Of a stretch of 64,000 nucleotides of DNA, positions 39,812-49,656 are shown in pieces. The notes beneath the pieces were generated by a model. The model saw only the letters and a program-made list of their open reading frames with translations, had not been told where the DNA came from and ran no database searches. The stretch is from Lewinellaceae bacterium (GTDB lineage Bacteria; Bacteroidota; Bacteroidia; Chitinophagales; Saprospiraceae). Each line of letters starts with the position of its first letter. Position 1 is the first letter of the stretch. The stretch lies in NCBI GenBank assembly GCA_016713985.1, contig JADJOD010000005.1, positions 40,012 to 104,011 of the forward strand. Reading direction: 5' to 3'. Both the position numbers and the translations under genes were made by a program.

Positions 39812-40560
39812 AGTATTCAAAAATAGAATGGACAGAAGCCACATGGAATCCCAGCACAGGTTGTAATAAAGTAACGGCTGGTTGTAAAAATTGCTATGCC
39901 GAAGCCATGGCGAAGCGCTTACAGGCAATGGGTGCGCCGGGCTATGAAAACGGTTTCGAGTTTACGCTTATGCCAGAACGCTTAAATATGCCTCTAAAAA
40001 TTAAGAAACCTACCAAGTTCTTCGTCAATTCCATGAGCGACCTATTCCACGAAAAGATGCCTTTCGGTTTTTTGGATAGGGTGTTTGACGTCATCGAACA
40101 AACACCTCAGCACAAATATCAAATCCTCACTAAGCGGGAAACAATACTTCAAGAGTATTGCAGTACCCGAAAAATGCCGGATAATGTGTGGCTTGGCGTC
40201 AGTGTCGAATCCTTCAAGACTAAACACCGGATTAATATTTTACAGAAGATTCCAGCCAAAATCCGATTCTTGTCTGTTGAACCACTCATTTCCGATATAG
40301 GTAAATTGGATTTGAATGGCATTCATTGGGTCATTGTCGGAGGAGAAAGCGGCCCTAAAGCGAGGCCCATGCGGCCGGAATGGGCAATTCATGTACAAAG
40401 CCAATGCGATCAACAAGGTGTGGCTTTTTTTTTCAAGCAATGGGGCGCTTGGGGCGAAGACGGCGTGAAAAGAGGCAAAAAAGCAAATGGCAGGCTGTTT
40501 TTAGGGCGCGAATGGAATGAAGAACCTCGCTTTACAGAAACAGAATCGGTTCTAACCTGA
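39808..40560 (+). CDS. Phage Gp37/Gp68 family protein (DUF5131), three-Cys motif
   Basis: [38 protein letters not shown] matches the hallmark IEWT..TWNP..GC...S.GC..CYA N-terminus (C-x6-C-x2-C). [14 protein letters not shown]...W is also present. The start overlaps the tcmP stop (ATGA). Confidence 0.8.
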   Translation: [250 protein letters not shown]

Positions 40561-40588
40561 AAACATAAACTCACCTTCGACCCTCTAC

Positions 40589-41665
40589 ATGACGACCACC
40601 CCACCCCGCATCTTCGACGGCCACCTCGACCTGGCCATGAACGCCATAGAATGGAACCGCGACCTGACCCGGCCGGTGGAAGACATTCGCCGGCGCGAAG
40701 CGGATATGGAGGACAAACCCGACCGCGCGCGTGGCACCGTATCCTTACCGGCCATGCGGGAAGGCAGGGTCTGTTTGTGTATGGCCACTCAAATTGCACG
40801 TTTTGTAAAAGAAAACAACCCGCTTCCCGGCTGGCACTCTCCACAGCAGGCCTGGGCCATGACACAGGCACAACTGGCCTGGTACAAAAGCATGGAAGAC
40901 CTGGGACAAATGACCCCGATAACGGATAAAAAAAGCCTCGACGCCCATCTTCAAAAATGGAACGAGCCGGAAGGAGGTAAACCCATCGGTTACATTCTGA
41001 GTCTCGAAGGCGCCGATTCTTTATCGTCCATGGAATACGTGGAAAAGGCGTACGGCCTGGGGCTGCGCGCCATAGGCCCCGCACACTACGGTCCGGGCAC
41101 CTACGCACAGGGGACCGACGCGACCGGCGGTATCGGGCAGAAGGGGCGTGAACTGCTGAAAAAAATGGAAGAACTCGGGATCATTCTTGACGCCACCCAC
41201 CTCTGCGACGACAGTTTTTGGGAGGCTTTGGATGCCTGGCACGGCCCTGTGTGGGCCAGCCACAACAATTGCAGGAGCCTCGTGCCGCACAACCGCCAGT
41301 TCAGCGACGAACAAATACAGGCGCTGATCGAACGTGGAGCGGTCATCGGCGCTGCTTTCGACGCCTGGATGCTGACCCCGGGATGGGTAAGGGGAGTGTC
41401 GGAACCCCATGCCGCCGGCGTCACCCTCGAAAAAGTGGCCGATCACATCGACCACATCTGCCAGCTCGCCGGAAACGCCCGGCACGCTGCCATCGGCTCC
41501 GACCTCGACGGCGCTTTTGGAAAAGAACAGTGCCCCTCTGACCTCGAAACCATTGCCGACTTGCAAAAACTGCCCGAAATTCTGGGGAAACGGGGTTATT
41601 CGGAGGCCGATATCGAAGGAATTATGTGCGGGAACTGGGTGCGTTTTTTGCGGGAAACATGGTGA
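40589..41665 (+). CDS. Peptidase M19 family dipeptidase
   Basis: Motifs seen: IFDGHLDLAMN, LSLEGADSL, GLRAIGPAHY, ILDATHLCDDSFWEALD, WASHNNCRSL and IGSDLDG. Confidence 0.75.
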   Translation: MTTTPPRIFDGHLDLAMNAIEWNRDLTRPVEDIRRREADMEDKPDRARGTVSLPAMREGRVCLCMATQIARFVKENNPLPGWHSPQQAWAMTQAQLAWYKSMEDLGQMTPITDKKSLDAHLQKWNEPEGGKPIGYILSLEGADSLSSMEYVEKAYGLGLRAIGPAHYGPGTYAQGTDATGGIGQKGRELLKKMEELGIILDATHLCDDSFWEALDAWHGPVWASHNNCRSLVPHNRQFSDEQIQALIERGAVIGAAFDAWMLTPGWVRGVSEPHAAGVTLEKVADHIDHICQLAGNARHAAIGSDLDGAFGKEQCPSDLETIADLQKLPEILGKRGYSEADIEGIMCGNWVRFLRETW

Positions 41666-41693
41666 TTAACTCCACAAAATCAATGAATTACAA

Positions 41694-42044
41694 TCATTCA
41701 TCGTCCGGAGGCAAATACAAGTCCGCCAACTTTTTGGGCGCCGCTTCACAATAGGCAACCGTGAGTGCGTCGCGCAGCATTTCTTCGTCCGCCCGGGCCA
41801 GGTCCACAAGCGTCCAGCCGTACTTTCCCCATTTGTTGGGCACCGGGTAAAACGGACTTTCGGCAAACGAACAAAACACATCCTGATCAACGTCCGAAAA
41901 ACGCAGGCAGGCGCGGTTTTCGGGCGCGTTGAGCGTGGCGAAGATTTTTTTCTTTACCCGGAAACACGTCACCGCCATGTGTGGCGCTTCGTCGGTTTCG
42001 GGAAAAGACAGCGAAATCGTCCGGATTGTATCGGGTGTAACCAT
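41694..42044 (-). CDS. MmcQ/YjbR family DNA-binding protein
   Basis: 116 aa. The sequence LSFPETDEAPHMAVTCFRVKKKIFATL...W is typical of YjbR. Confidence 0.7.
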   Translation of the reverse strand: MVTPDTIRTISLSFPETDEAPHMAVTCFRVKKKIFATLNAPENRACLRFSDVDQDVFCSFAESPFYPVPNKWGKYGWTLVDLARADEEMLRDALTVAYCEAAPKKLADLYLPPDDE

Positions 42045-42079
42045 GTTTTGCGATATTGCCCGCTAAATGTACAAAAAGC

Positions 42080-42829
42080 ATGAAAAACATCCTCCTGCTC
42101 GTTTTACTCCTTTCTTGCCAAACCCTTGTAACAGCGCAAACCCCCGACACCCTCTGTTACGAACTGCGCATTTACACCGCTCCGAAAGGCAAACTCAACG
42201 ATCTGTTGAATCGTTTCCGCAACCATACCACCGCCCTGTTCGAAAAACACGGCATGACCAACGTGGGGTACTGGACGCCGATAGACAATCCGGATGAAAA
42301 ACTCTACTACATCCTGTCGTACCCCAGCCGGGCAGCGCGGGAAAGTTCCTGGAAGGCCTTTATGGCGGATACCGTCTGGCAACGTGTGTGGAAAGAAAGT
42401 GAAGTTAACGGCAAGATAATCAGCAACATCGAAAGTATTTTTTTAAAAACGACCGATTTTTCGCCGAACAATCTGCAATCGGACTGCGGGCACGTGTGGG
42501 AATTGCGGATTTATACCGCTTCACCCGGCAGATTGCCCAACCTGCTCAGCCGTTTTCGCAACCACAGCATGAAACTGCTCGCACGTTACGGCATGACCAA
42601 CAAGATCTACTGGACACCCACCGACGCCGCGCAGGGGTCCGACACCATGCTCTATTACTTCCTGACCCACCCTTCCCGGGCAGCAGGATTAGACGCCTTC
42701 ACCCGCTTCCGCAAAGACCCCGATTGGCTGCGCGTCCGTCAGGAATCGGAAACGCAGGCCGGCGGCTCCCTCACAACCAAGGTAGAGTCGATTTATATGT
42801 ATCCGACGGATTTTTCGCCGCTGAAGTAA
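42080..42829 (+). CDS. Secreted protein with two NIPSNAP domains
   Basis: The signal peptide is MKNILLLVLLLSCQTLVTAQ. There are two copies of ELRIYTA.(P)G+L..LL.RFRNH...L..++GMTN..YW. Confidence 0.75.
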   Translation: MKNILLLVLLLSCQTLVTAQTPDTLCYELRIYTAPKGKLNDLLNRFRNHTTALFEKHGMTNVGYWTPIDNPDEKLYYILSYPSRAARESSWKAFMADTVWQRVWKESEVNGKIISNIESIFLKTTDFSPNNLQSDCGHVWELRIYTASPGRLPNLLSRFRNHSMKLLARYGMTNKIYWTPTDAAQGSDTMLYYFLTHPSRAAGLDAFTRFRKDPDWLRVRQESETQAGGSLTTKVESIYMYPTDFSPLK

Positions 42830-42915
42830 AAGCGGGTATTGTTCCTGCGGGTTGTGGATAACCCAGGCTTTTCACACCCGCCTTGTGTGTTTATTGGCCA
42901 CAACTTGCGTGAATT

Positions 42916-44127
42916 ATGACTGCTGAAATTGCAAAATCAACCTTTCAAAACCACTTTTCCACCCCGCCGGAACTCGTCATTCGGGCGCCGGGCCGGATCA
43001 ATCTGATCGGTGAACACACCGATTACAACGGCGGTTTTGTACTGCCTGCTGCGATTGACAAAGCCATCTGGATGGCTGCCGGGCGGCGCGACGACGGGCG
43101 TTTTGCCTTTTTTGCCCGCGATCTGGGCGAGTTTTTTATTTCTGATAACGAAAAACCCGTTTATCAGGAACGGCAAACCTGGGTCAATTACCTGCTTGGC
43201 GTGGTGAGCGAGGCGCAAAAGGACGGCCTGGTTTTCGGCGGCCTGAACCTGGTTTTTGGAGGCGATGTGCCCCTGGGCGCAGGCTTGTCGTCGTCGGCTG
43301 CGATTGAAAGCGGGGCGATGTTTGTCATCAATGAACTGTACCGGCTGGGGCTTTCAAAAATGGACATCGTGCGGCTGGCGCAACGCGGAGAAAACCATTT
43401 TGTGGGTATGAAATGTGGCATCATGGATATGTTCGCTTCGGTGATGGGGCGTAAAAACCAGGTGGTGCGCCTGGATTGCCGGAACCTCGAATTTGAGTAT
43501 TTCCCGTTCGAAACACCCGATTTTTCGCTCGTTTTGTTCGATTCCGGCGTAAAACACGCCCTTGTCGACAGCGAATACAATACCCGCCGCGAAGAATGTG
43601 AGGCCGGGGTCGCGATATTGAAAAAATTCAATCCGGGCATTTCCAGTCTGCGCGACGTGTCTTTCCCTTTTTTGAAAAAACACCAACACGATCTGCCGCC
43701 GACGGTTTTTAAACGCTGCAAGTTTGTGGTGGAAGAGATCGGACGGGTGGAACGGGCCTGCCTGGCTTTGCAAAAAAACGATTTCGAAACCCTCGGAGCT
43801 TTGATGTTTGAAGGCCACGACGGCTTGAACCTGGAATACGCGGTTTGTGTGCCCGAAACCAACTTCCTGGTGGAATCGGCCCGGCATTTCGCCCCGAAAG
43901 GTCTGGTGGCCGGCGCCCGGCAAATGGGTGGCGGCTTTGGCGGATGTGTCATCAACTTGCTAAAAATCAGTGTTTTATCCGAGTTTTCGGAACAAACAAA
44001 CGCGGCATACCGGCGGGCTTTTGGTATTGATTTGAAAATTTATCCGGTCCGGTTGGCGGCCGGGACGGAGATTATTTCCGGGCAGGCGCCCGACCCGGCA
44101 ACCCTTTCCATCCGGTCAACCCTGTAA
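42916..44127 (+). CDS. galK: Galactokinase
   Basis: The galactokinase signature GRINLIGEHTDYNGGFVLPAAID and the GHMP motif PLGAGLSSSAA are both present. Confidence 0.9.
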   Translation: MTAEIAKSTFQNHFSTPPELVIRAPGRINLIGEHTDYNGGFVLPAAIDKAIWMAAGRRDDGRFAFFARDLGEFFISDNEKPVYQERQTWVNYLLGVVSEAQKDGLVFGGLNLVFGGDVPLGAGLSSSAAIESGAMFVINELYRLGLSKMDIVRLAQRGENHFVGMKCGIMDMFASVMGRKNQVVRLDCRNLEFEYFPFETPDFSLVLFDSGVKHALVDSEYNTRREECEAGVAILKKFNPGISSLRDVSFPFLKKHQHDLPPTVFKRCKFVVEEIGRVERACLALQKNDFETLGALMFEGHDGLNLEYAVCVPETNFLVESARHFAPKGLVAGARQMGGGFGGCVINLLKISVLSEFSEQTNAAYRRAFGIDLKIYPVRLAAGTEIISGQAPDPATLSIRSTL

Positions 44128-44130
44128 AAA

Positions 44131-45152
44131 ATGAACGATTTTCCACACCGCCGTTTTAATCCGCTGACGGAAAGTTGGGTGCTGGTTTCGCCGCACCGGT
44201 CGAAACGTCCCTGGCAGGGGCAGGTTGAAAAACCGGCGCCCGAAACACGACCGGCTTACGACCCGGCCTGCTACCTCTGTCCGGGAAACATCCGCGCCGG
44301 CGGCATTCAAACGCCTGATTATCAGGATATTTTTGTGTTCGACAATGATTTTTCGGCTTTATTGCCCGGCAAGCCGGGTGATGATTTCAGGTCCTCAACC
44401 GGTTCCGTTTTTTCAAAGCCCGACCCGAACGCGGCATCACGCGGGTCATCTGTTTTTCGCCGCGTCACGATCTGACGATGGCCGGGATGAGCACTCCGGA
44501 AATCCGGAAAGTTGTGGATGCCTGGGTCCGGGAATACCAAAACCTGGGCGCTTTGGATTTTATCAACTACGTCCAGATTTTTGAAAATAAAGGCGCCATC
44601 ATGGGCTGTTCGAACCCGCATCCGCACGGCCAGATCTGGGCGCAGGCCAGTATCCCCGACGAGCCCCTGAAAAAACAAAAGGCGCAATGGAAATATTGGA
44701 AAAAACACGGAACCCCCCTTTTGGGCGATTACCTGACGGAAGAACGGGCAAAAAAAGAGCGGATTCTTTTTGAAAATCAGGAATTTGTGGCGCTCGTCCC
44801 GTTCTGGGCCGTGTGGCCCTTCGAAGCGATGATTGCCCCCAAACGGGCAATGCCGCGTATTACCGACCTTTCCGATTCCGAAAAAACCGGCCTGGCGGAT
44901 GCCTACCGGCGCCTGGCGTTTATGTACGACGGCCTTTTTCAAACCGCTTTCCCGTATTCGGCCGGTATCCATCAGGCGCCCACAGATGGAAAACCACACC
45001 CGGAATGGCACTTCCACCTGGTTTTTTATCCGCCGCTTTTGCGTTCGGCCTCGATCAAAAAATTTATGGTCGGGTATGAAATGCTGGCCAACCCGCAGCG
45101 GGACATCACACCGGAGCGGGCGGCGGAGATGCTGCGGGCGGTTGGGAATTGA
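44131..45152 (+). pseudogene. galT: Galactose-1-phosphate uridylyltransferase; frame broken once in a T6 run
   Basis: The N-terminal part is [24 protein letters not shown]...CYLCPGN. The C-terminal part is GCSNPHPHGQIWA (the HPH active site). ORFs 44131..44475 and 44478..45152 join as ...[31 protein letters not shown] if the T run at 44408-44413 is lengthened by one. Confidence 0.85.
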
Positions 45153-45219
45153 GTTTTTAGAAAATAATTCCATTCCGTCGGGGTGTTTCCATTAATAATT
45201 TTTAAGTTGCAGCCCAATA

Positions 45220-45387
45220 TTAGAGCCTATCCGAAAACCTCCATTGGCCTGAAAAACCCATCTTATGTAATCATCCGGCGTTAAATTTTCAAGCCGTAGG
45301 CACCCGGCTACGCCCTGAAAATTTGCCTTGCCTGATTCCATATTCTGGCCTTTTCAGCCTCAATGGAGGTTTTCGGATAGGCTCTTA
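45220..45387. repeat. About 170-bp nested imperfect palindrome between galT and the giant-protein cluster
   Basis: The outer arms are tagagcctatccgaaaacctccattggcctgaaaa (45220-45254) and ttttcagcctcaatggaggttttcggataggctctta (45351-45387), which differ by about 2-3 positions. An inner imperfect palindrome is aaattttcaagccgtagg...cggctacgccctgaaaattt. Confidence 0.8.
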
Positions 45388-45416
45388 GACCGCACCTTAA
45401 AAAGTTTTAAGGACCG

Positions 45417-48400
45417 ATGAAAACGCTACTTCTGGTACCCGTCCAGACCGATGCCCTGTACCTGTCGGAAGACACTTTGATCACAGAGGCTTCGGTGGAT
45501 TTTTCCCGCCTCCCCTACTTCAACGGCACCCGCGACGTCAACGCCGACGTGGCCAATATCAGCGAGAGTTTTGTCTCCCAACCGCTTCAGGATCAGAATC
45601 TTCGCCTGCGCAAGGGCCTGCACCTGCACTGGGCTTTGCCCGATGCGCTCAACCGCGGCCGGCACCGGGACGACGGAAAAACGGATTTCCCCCTGGTACC
45701 CAACCGCTGGCTGGTGACCCGAACCCGGGGCGGCGTGGTAAAAACCTGGGTGGTGGAAAGCGATTACCTCTTTCCCGAAGAAAAAGACCTCCTGCAACTG
45801 CCGGATAACGACCCGCTGCGGCTTGCCCGTCGCGAAAGTGTTACGATGCCGATGCCCATTGCCGGACGGGAAAGTGGACAGCAGCCTTTCCGCTACATGG
45901 GCCGCAAGGTGGACGGCGACAAATTTAACCCCGGCCAAGCCGCTGACCGGTACCCCGAACTCACGACCGTCGGGTACGGCGAACCCAGTTTTGCCGCTTT
46001 TTACCCCAACTGCCACAGCGTATTCGGATTCCACGACCCGGAGATCGGCGAAAATTCCGGCCCGGTGACCTACGATATCATCGGCTGGTACGGCGACCCC
46101 GCGAATGATTTTTACAAAAAACTCAGTGCGGGCATCGCAAGTACCGAGCTCGCACAACACCTGCGCGACCGGGCCGGCTGGGTGTTGTCGCCCGCCGGAA
46201 CCGCCGCCCCGGACCAGACGCTGCTTTATTCCCGCATCGAAGTAAATACCACGGGTATAGCGGGCAAACTGCCGCAGGGCGAGCTGGAAGGATTGTCCGT
46301 CGTGATTGGCAACACCGGCACGGAGGCTTTGTCGGTGTACCTCGCGAAACAACTGGAACAAACCTGGACGGGGGCCAACGGCAAAGCCCTGAACATCGAA
46401 GAGCAACTCGAAGCCCTTTATCTGCGCGATAAACTGGATCACCGGGTGCTCGATCTCGACGCCAAATTCGACGAGGCCCGCCACGAAAACGGCTTCAATT
46501 CCTTAGCCGGCGGATATCTCTGGACCATCACCGCCGAATCCGGCGCCAACCAACCCGCCGACGCCCGGCAAGCCGCTGAAAAACCCGGACTGAGCGCCGA
46601 ATTAGCCGGCCTGCTCAACGCCGCCAACAGCCTGCAATCGGAATACGACCGGGCACTCCTGGAATTACAATCGCTTGGCGCACAGTTATATGTCGACTGG
46701 TACAAGTACATGGTGAGCACCTACCCGCCGGAAGACACCCGCGTGGATTATCCCGAAATTGACGAAGTGCGGTATTTCATCGGAGAACAGGTAACCGGGC
46801 CGATTCGGGCCAGGGAACAACAAACCGGCCGGCTCATTTTGGCGACCGCAGCGGAAATCGCCGCCGGAGCGCTGCCCGCCCGTGCCGAAAACAATGACAA
46901 CGAATCCGTGGCAGCAAGGTTAGCCGCAGCCATCAACAACCTGCTCCACCGGCTTACGGTTTTTAATGAGGCGCAGCCCGACGGCAGCGATGTTTTTGTG
47001 CTCAAACGTACGGGCGGCCCCCGGTACTGGGAGCCGAAAGAACCCGTGGTGTTGCTCGCCAACGATACCGCCGGCAACTCCGTATTGCGCCCCACCGACC
47101 GCCACGGCCGCGACGGCCGGCTGCGCCCCGACGGGCTGCTGGAATGCCCGCTTGTGAGCGTCGCAGACGTTTTTGACGGGAAAAACACCGCCGTAATCGC
47201 CGAAATCCGGGGTAAAATCAACGAACTGACCAAGCCTGCCTCGGGCGAGAAGATGGGGTTCACCCGCTGGACCGGGCAACCCTGGAACCCTTTCCGGCTC
47301 GACTGGGAGGTAGAACTGGCGCCGCTCAGTCAGGGTACCAATATGGAAGAGCGGGATTATGATCCGGATTTTTTGACCAAAAAATACAAACTGAAGGCGG
47401 GAAGCGCCACGGTGGAAAACCCCAATTTCAGGTTGCCGGTCAATGCCCCCGATCTTGTTCCTGTGCTCGATTCCCGGGTCGATTTTCAGGGCCGCAACCC
47501 GAATATTTACACCGGCCGCAGCTTGCTTACCCCGCAAGCCAGGCGAAATTTGCGGGAAAGGCTGGAAGTGTACCTGAAAGAAAAACTGCTGGCGCCTTTT
47601 TTGGAAAAAAATCCCGGCCATGCCGCCAAAATCTCCGCAGACCCGCTGCGGTTGTTCGGTCGGGAAATGGCCAAAGCCTTGAAGATCGAAGGCGCGGACA
47701 ACCCCGTTGCCACAGCCCTGGAAGCGTTTTTTGTGTTGGAAAACAACAACCTGCACCTGCTCTCCCAGGCATTCAGCGGTTTCAACAGCGCCATGATTCA
47801 GCTCCGGCAAACCTTTCAACTGCCGGTTACCGACCCCATCGGGTTTAAAGATTACCAGCCCTTCACCGCCGAGATCGCCGGGTTCGCGGAAAACAGTACC
47901 TGGCTCGCCCCGCAACCCCTGACCGATTTTAACCCCATCCGGACCGGCGCCATGGTCATCAACCAACTCCGGCTGGTAGACACCTTCGGGCAGGTGCGGA
48001 ACATCGCGCTCGGCAAAATCGACCGCGTGCTCGGCTCCGGCCCGACGCCGACACTGAATGCCGGATCAAAAATAGAAGTGCCGCTGCCGCCGAGGCTGGC
48101 CCAACCCGCCCGCCTGCATTTTCGCTGGCTGAACGCCACCGACGGCACACAGGAGATGAATACACACCCCGATACCAGCCCCGTCTGCGGCTGGATTTTG
48201 ACCAACCAACTCGACGACAGCATCGTGGTGTACGACGCGGAAGGCAGCATGCTCGGCTCCATCGAAGCGGAAGCGGAAAGTGGCAACCCCAACCTCGCCC
48301 GCTGGAATCCGGCTCCCGGCGCGCGGCAACCCGTTCAGGCAGAGGCGATTAAAAACCCGTTTTTGAATAAAATAGTCGCCAAACTGCGCGCAGGCGGCCC

Positions 48401-49586
48401 CGCGTTTGTGGCGCAATTCCTCGACGGACTTGACGCCGCCATGAGCTCCATCGAACCGGAAGTTTTTGAAAGTCAGCAGGCTCTATCGCTGCTCATGGGC
48501 CGGCCCCTGGCGCTGGTCCGGGCTTCGCTGAACCTGGAAACAATGGGCGCGCCCGCCGTCGATCAGGGCTGGAATGCCTTTTACGGCGACCGCACAGACG
48601 GCAACAACGACCGAAACCGGGATGGTTTTACCAAAGTGAAATTCCCCGTGCGTATCGGCAAACACAACCAGTTCAACGACGGGCTGGTGGGCTACTGGAA
48701 AGAAAAAAGTGGAGAACTGGACGGCCCGTTTATGCTGAATCAACTGCCGCTGGCCAATATCACCCACAAAAACATACAGCCGCTGAACAACGACGTGGTG
48801 CCCATTTTCCAAAGTATCGAAGATGCTCCGCTGATCGTTTCCATGCTCATCGACCCGCGGGGCACGGTGCATGTGACGACGGGTATTCTCCCGGTTAAGG
48901 AAGTCAACGTACCGACCAACCAGTACCTGCCCGCCATGCAGCGCCTCGGCGTGACCTTCCTCACCAGCCCGCTGCTTTCTCCCGCCGGAAGAATCGCCTC
49001 CCTGCTGCCCACAGAAGAAGGTTTTGACTGGAGCTGGCTGGAACGCCGGGGCACAAACGACTGGCGCGAAACATTCACATTCCCAACCATAGAACGGGAA
49101 TCTTTCCTGCGGGCTTTTTCCGACCTGGTTTTTGGCGAATTGCTGGCAAAAAAATGGCTGGCGCCCGGCGCCGGCGACAGTTACCCGCTCGGGCCAACCG
49201 ACGACCGGGAAGGGTTAAACGACCAGTTCCAACTCGTGGAAGCCGATATCTTAACGCTGACCACGGAAAGCAGCGCCGGTAACCACCTGTCAAAATCAGT
49301 ATTCGATCAAAAGCTGTTTGCCCCTGCCGGCCCCGGCGGCCGGCTATGGACCCTGCTGACCGGTGACGATATCCGGTGGCTCAAATCCATACCCGACCTG
49401 ACGGATACGATGGCGTTGCAGCCGAAATCCAGCCGCATTTCCCAGGCTCTGCCCGACTTCGGAATGGAGTTTTTGGTAGAGGATATTTTGCAAAAACACG
49501 CCCGGTTGTTACAGGAACCCGGCGCCGCAGCCGCTTTTGGAAGCGACAGTATCTGGATCAGGGAAGGGTGGCTGAAACTGAGTTAA
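45417..49586 (+). CDS. Uncharacterised 1389-aa protein (cluster protein A), no signal peptide
   Basis: Long uninterrupted ORF with host-like codon usage. The N-terminus is MKTLLLVPVQTDALYLSEDTL... and includes LHLHWALPDALNRG...FPLVPNRWLV. I recognise no named domain. Confidence 0.8.
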   Translation: MKTLLLVPVQTDALYLSEDTLITEASVDFSRLPYFNGTRDVNADVANISESFVSQPLQDQNLRLRKGLHLHWALPDALNRGRHRDDGKTDFPLVPNRWLVTRTRGGVVKTWVVESDYLFPEEKDLLQLPDNDPLRLARRESVTMPMPIAGRESGQQPFRYMGRKVDGDKFNPGQAADRYPELTTVGYGEPSFAAFYPNCHSVFGFHDPEIGENSGPVTYDIIGWYGDPANDFYKKLSAGIASTELAQHLRDRAGWVLSPAGTAAPDQTLLYSRIEVNTTGIAGKLPQGELEGLSVVIGNTGTEALSVYLAKQLEQTWTGANGKALNIEEQLEALYLRDKLDHRVLDLDAKFDEARHENGFNSLAGGYLWTITAESGANQPADARQAAEKPGLSAELAGLLNAANSLQSEYDRALLELQSLGAQLYVDWYKYMVSTYPPEDTRVDYPEIDEVRYFIGEQVTGPIRAREQQTGRLILATAAEIAAGALPARAENNDNESVAARLAAAINNLLHRLTVFNEAQPDGSDVFVLKRTGGPRYWEPKEPVVLLANDTAGNSVLRPTDRHGRDGRLRPDGLLECPLVSVADVFDGKNTAVIAEIRGKINELTKPASGEKMGFTRWTGQPWNPFRLDWEVELAPLSQGTNMEERDYDPDFLTKKYKLKAGSATVENPNFRLPVNAPDLVPVLDSRVDFQGRNPNIYTGRSLLTPQARRNLRERLEVYLKEKLLAPFLEKNPGHAAKISADPLRLFGREMAKALKIEGADNPVATALEAFFVLENNNLHLLSQAFSGFNSAMIQLRQTFQLPVTDPIGFKDYQPFTAEIAGFAENSTWLAPQPLTDFNPIRTGAMVINQLRLVDTFGQVRNIALGKIDRVLGSGPTPTLNAGSKIEVPLPPRLAQPARLHFRWLNATDGTQEMNTHPDTSPVCGWILTNQLDDSIVVYDAEGSMLGSIEAEAESGNPNLARWNPAPGARQPVQAEAIKNPFLNKIVAKLRAGGPAFVAQFLDGLDAAMSSIEPEVFESQQALSLLMGRPLALVRASLNLETMGAPAVDQGWNAFYGDRTDGNNDRNRDGFTKVKFPVRIGKHNQFNDGLVGYWKEKSGELDGPFMLNQLPLANITHKNIQPLNNDVVPIFQSIEDAPLIVSMLIDPRGTVHVTTGILPVKEVNVPTNQYLPAMQRLGVTFLTSPLLSPAGRIASLLPTEEGFDWSWLERRGTNDWRETFTFPTIERESFLRAFSDLVFGELLAKKWLAPGAGDSYPLGPTDDREGLNDQFQLVEADILTLTTESSAGNHLSKSVFDQKLFAPAGPGGRLWTLLTGDDIRWLKSIPDLTDTMALQPKSSRISQALPDFGMEFLVEDILQKHARLLQEPGAAAAFGSDSIWIREGWLKLS

Positions 49587-49656
49587 GCACTGGTTCGATG
49601 ATGCAGGGCCGCGATTTTAAAGGGCCTGCGCTCCTTTCAAACAAACAAAACGTCAG

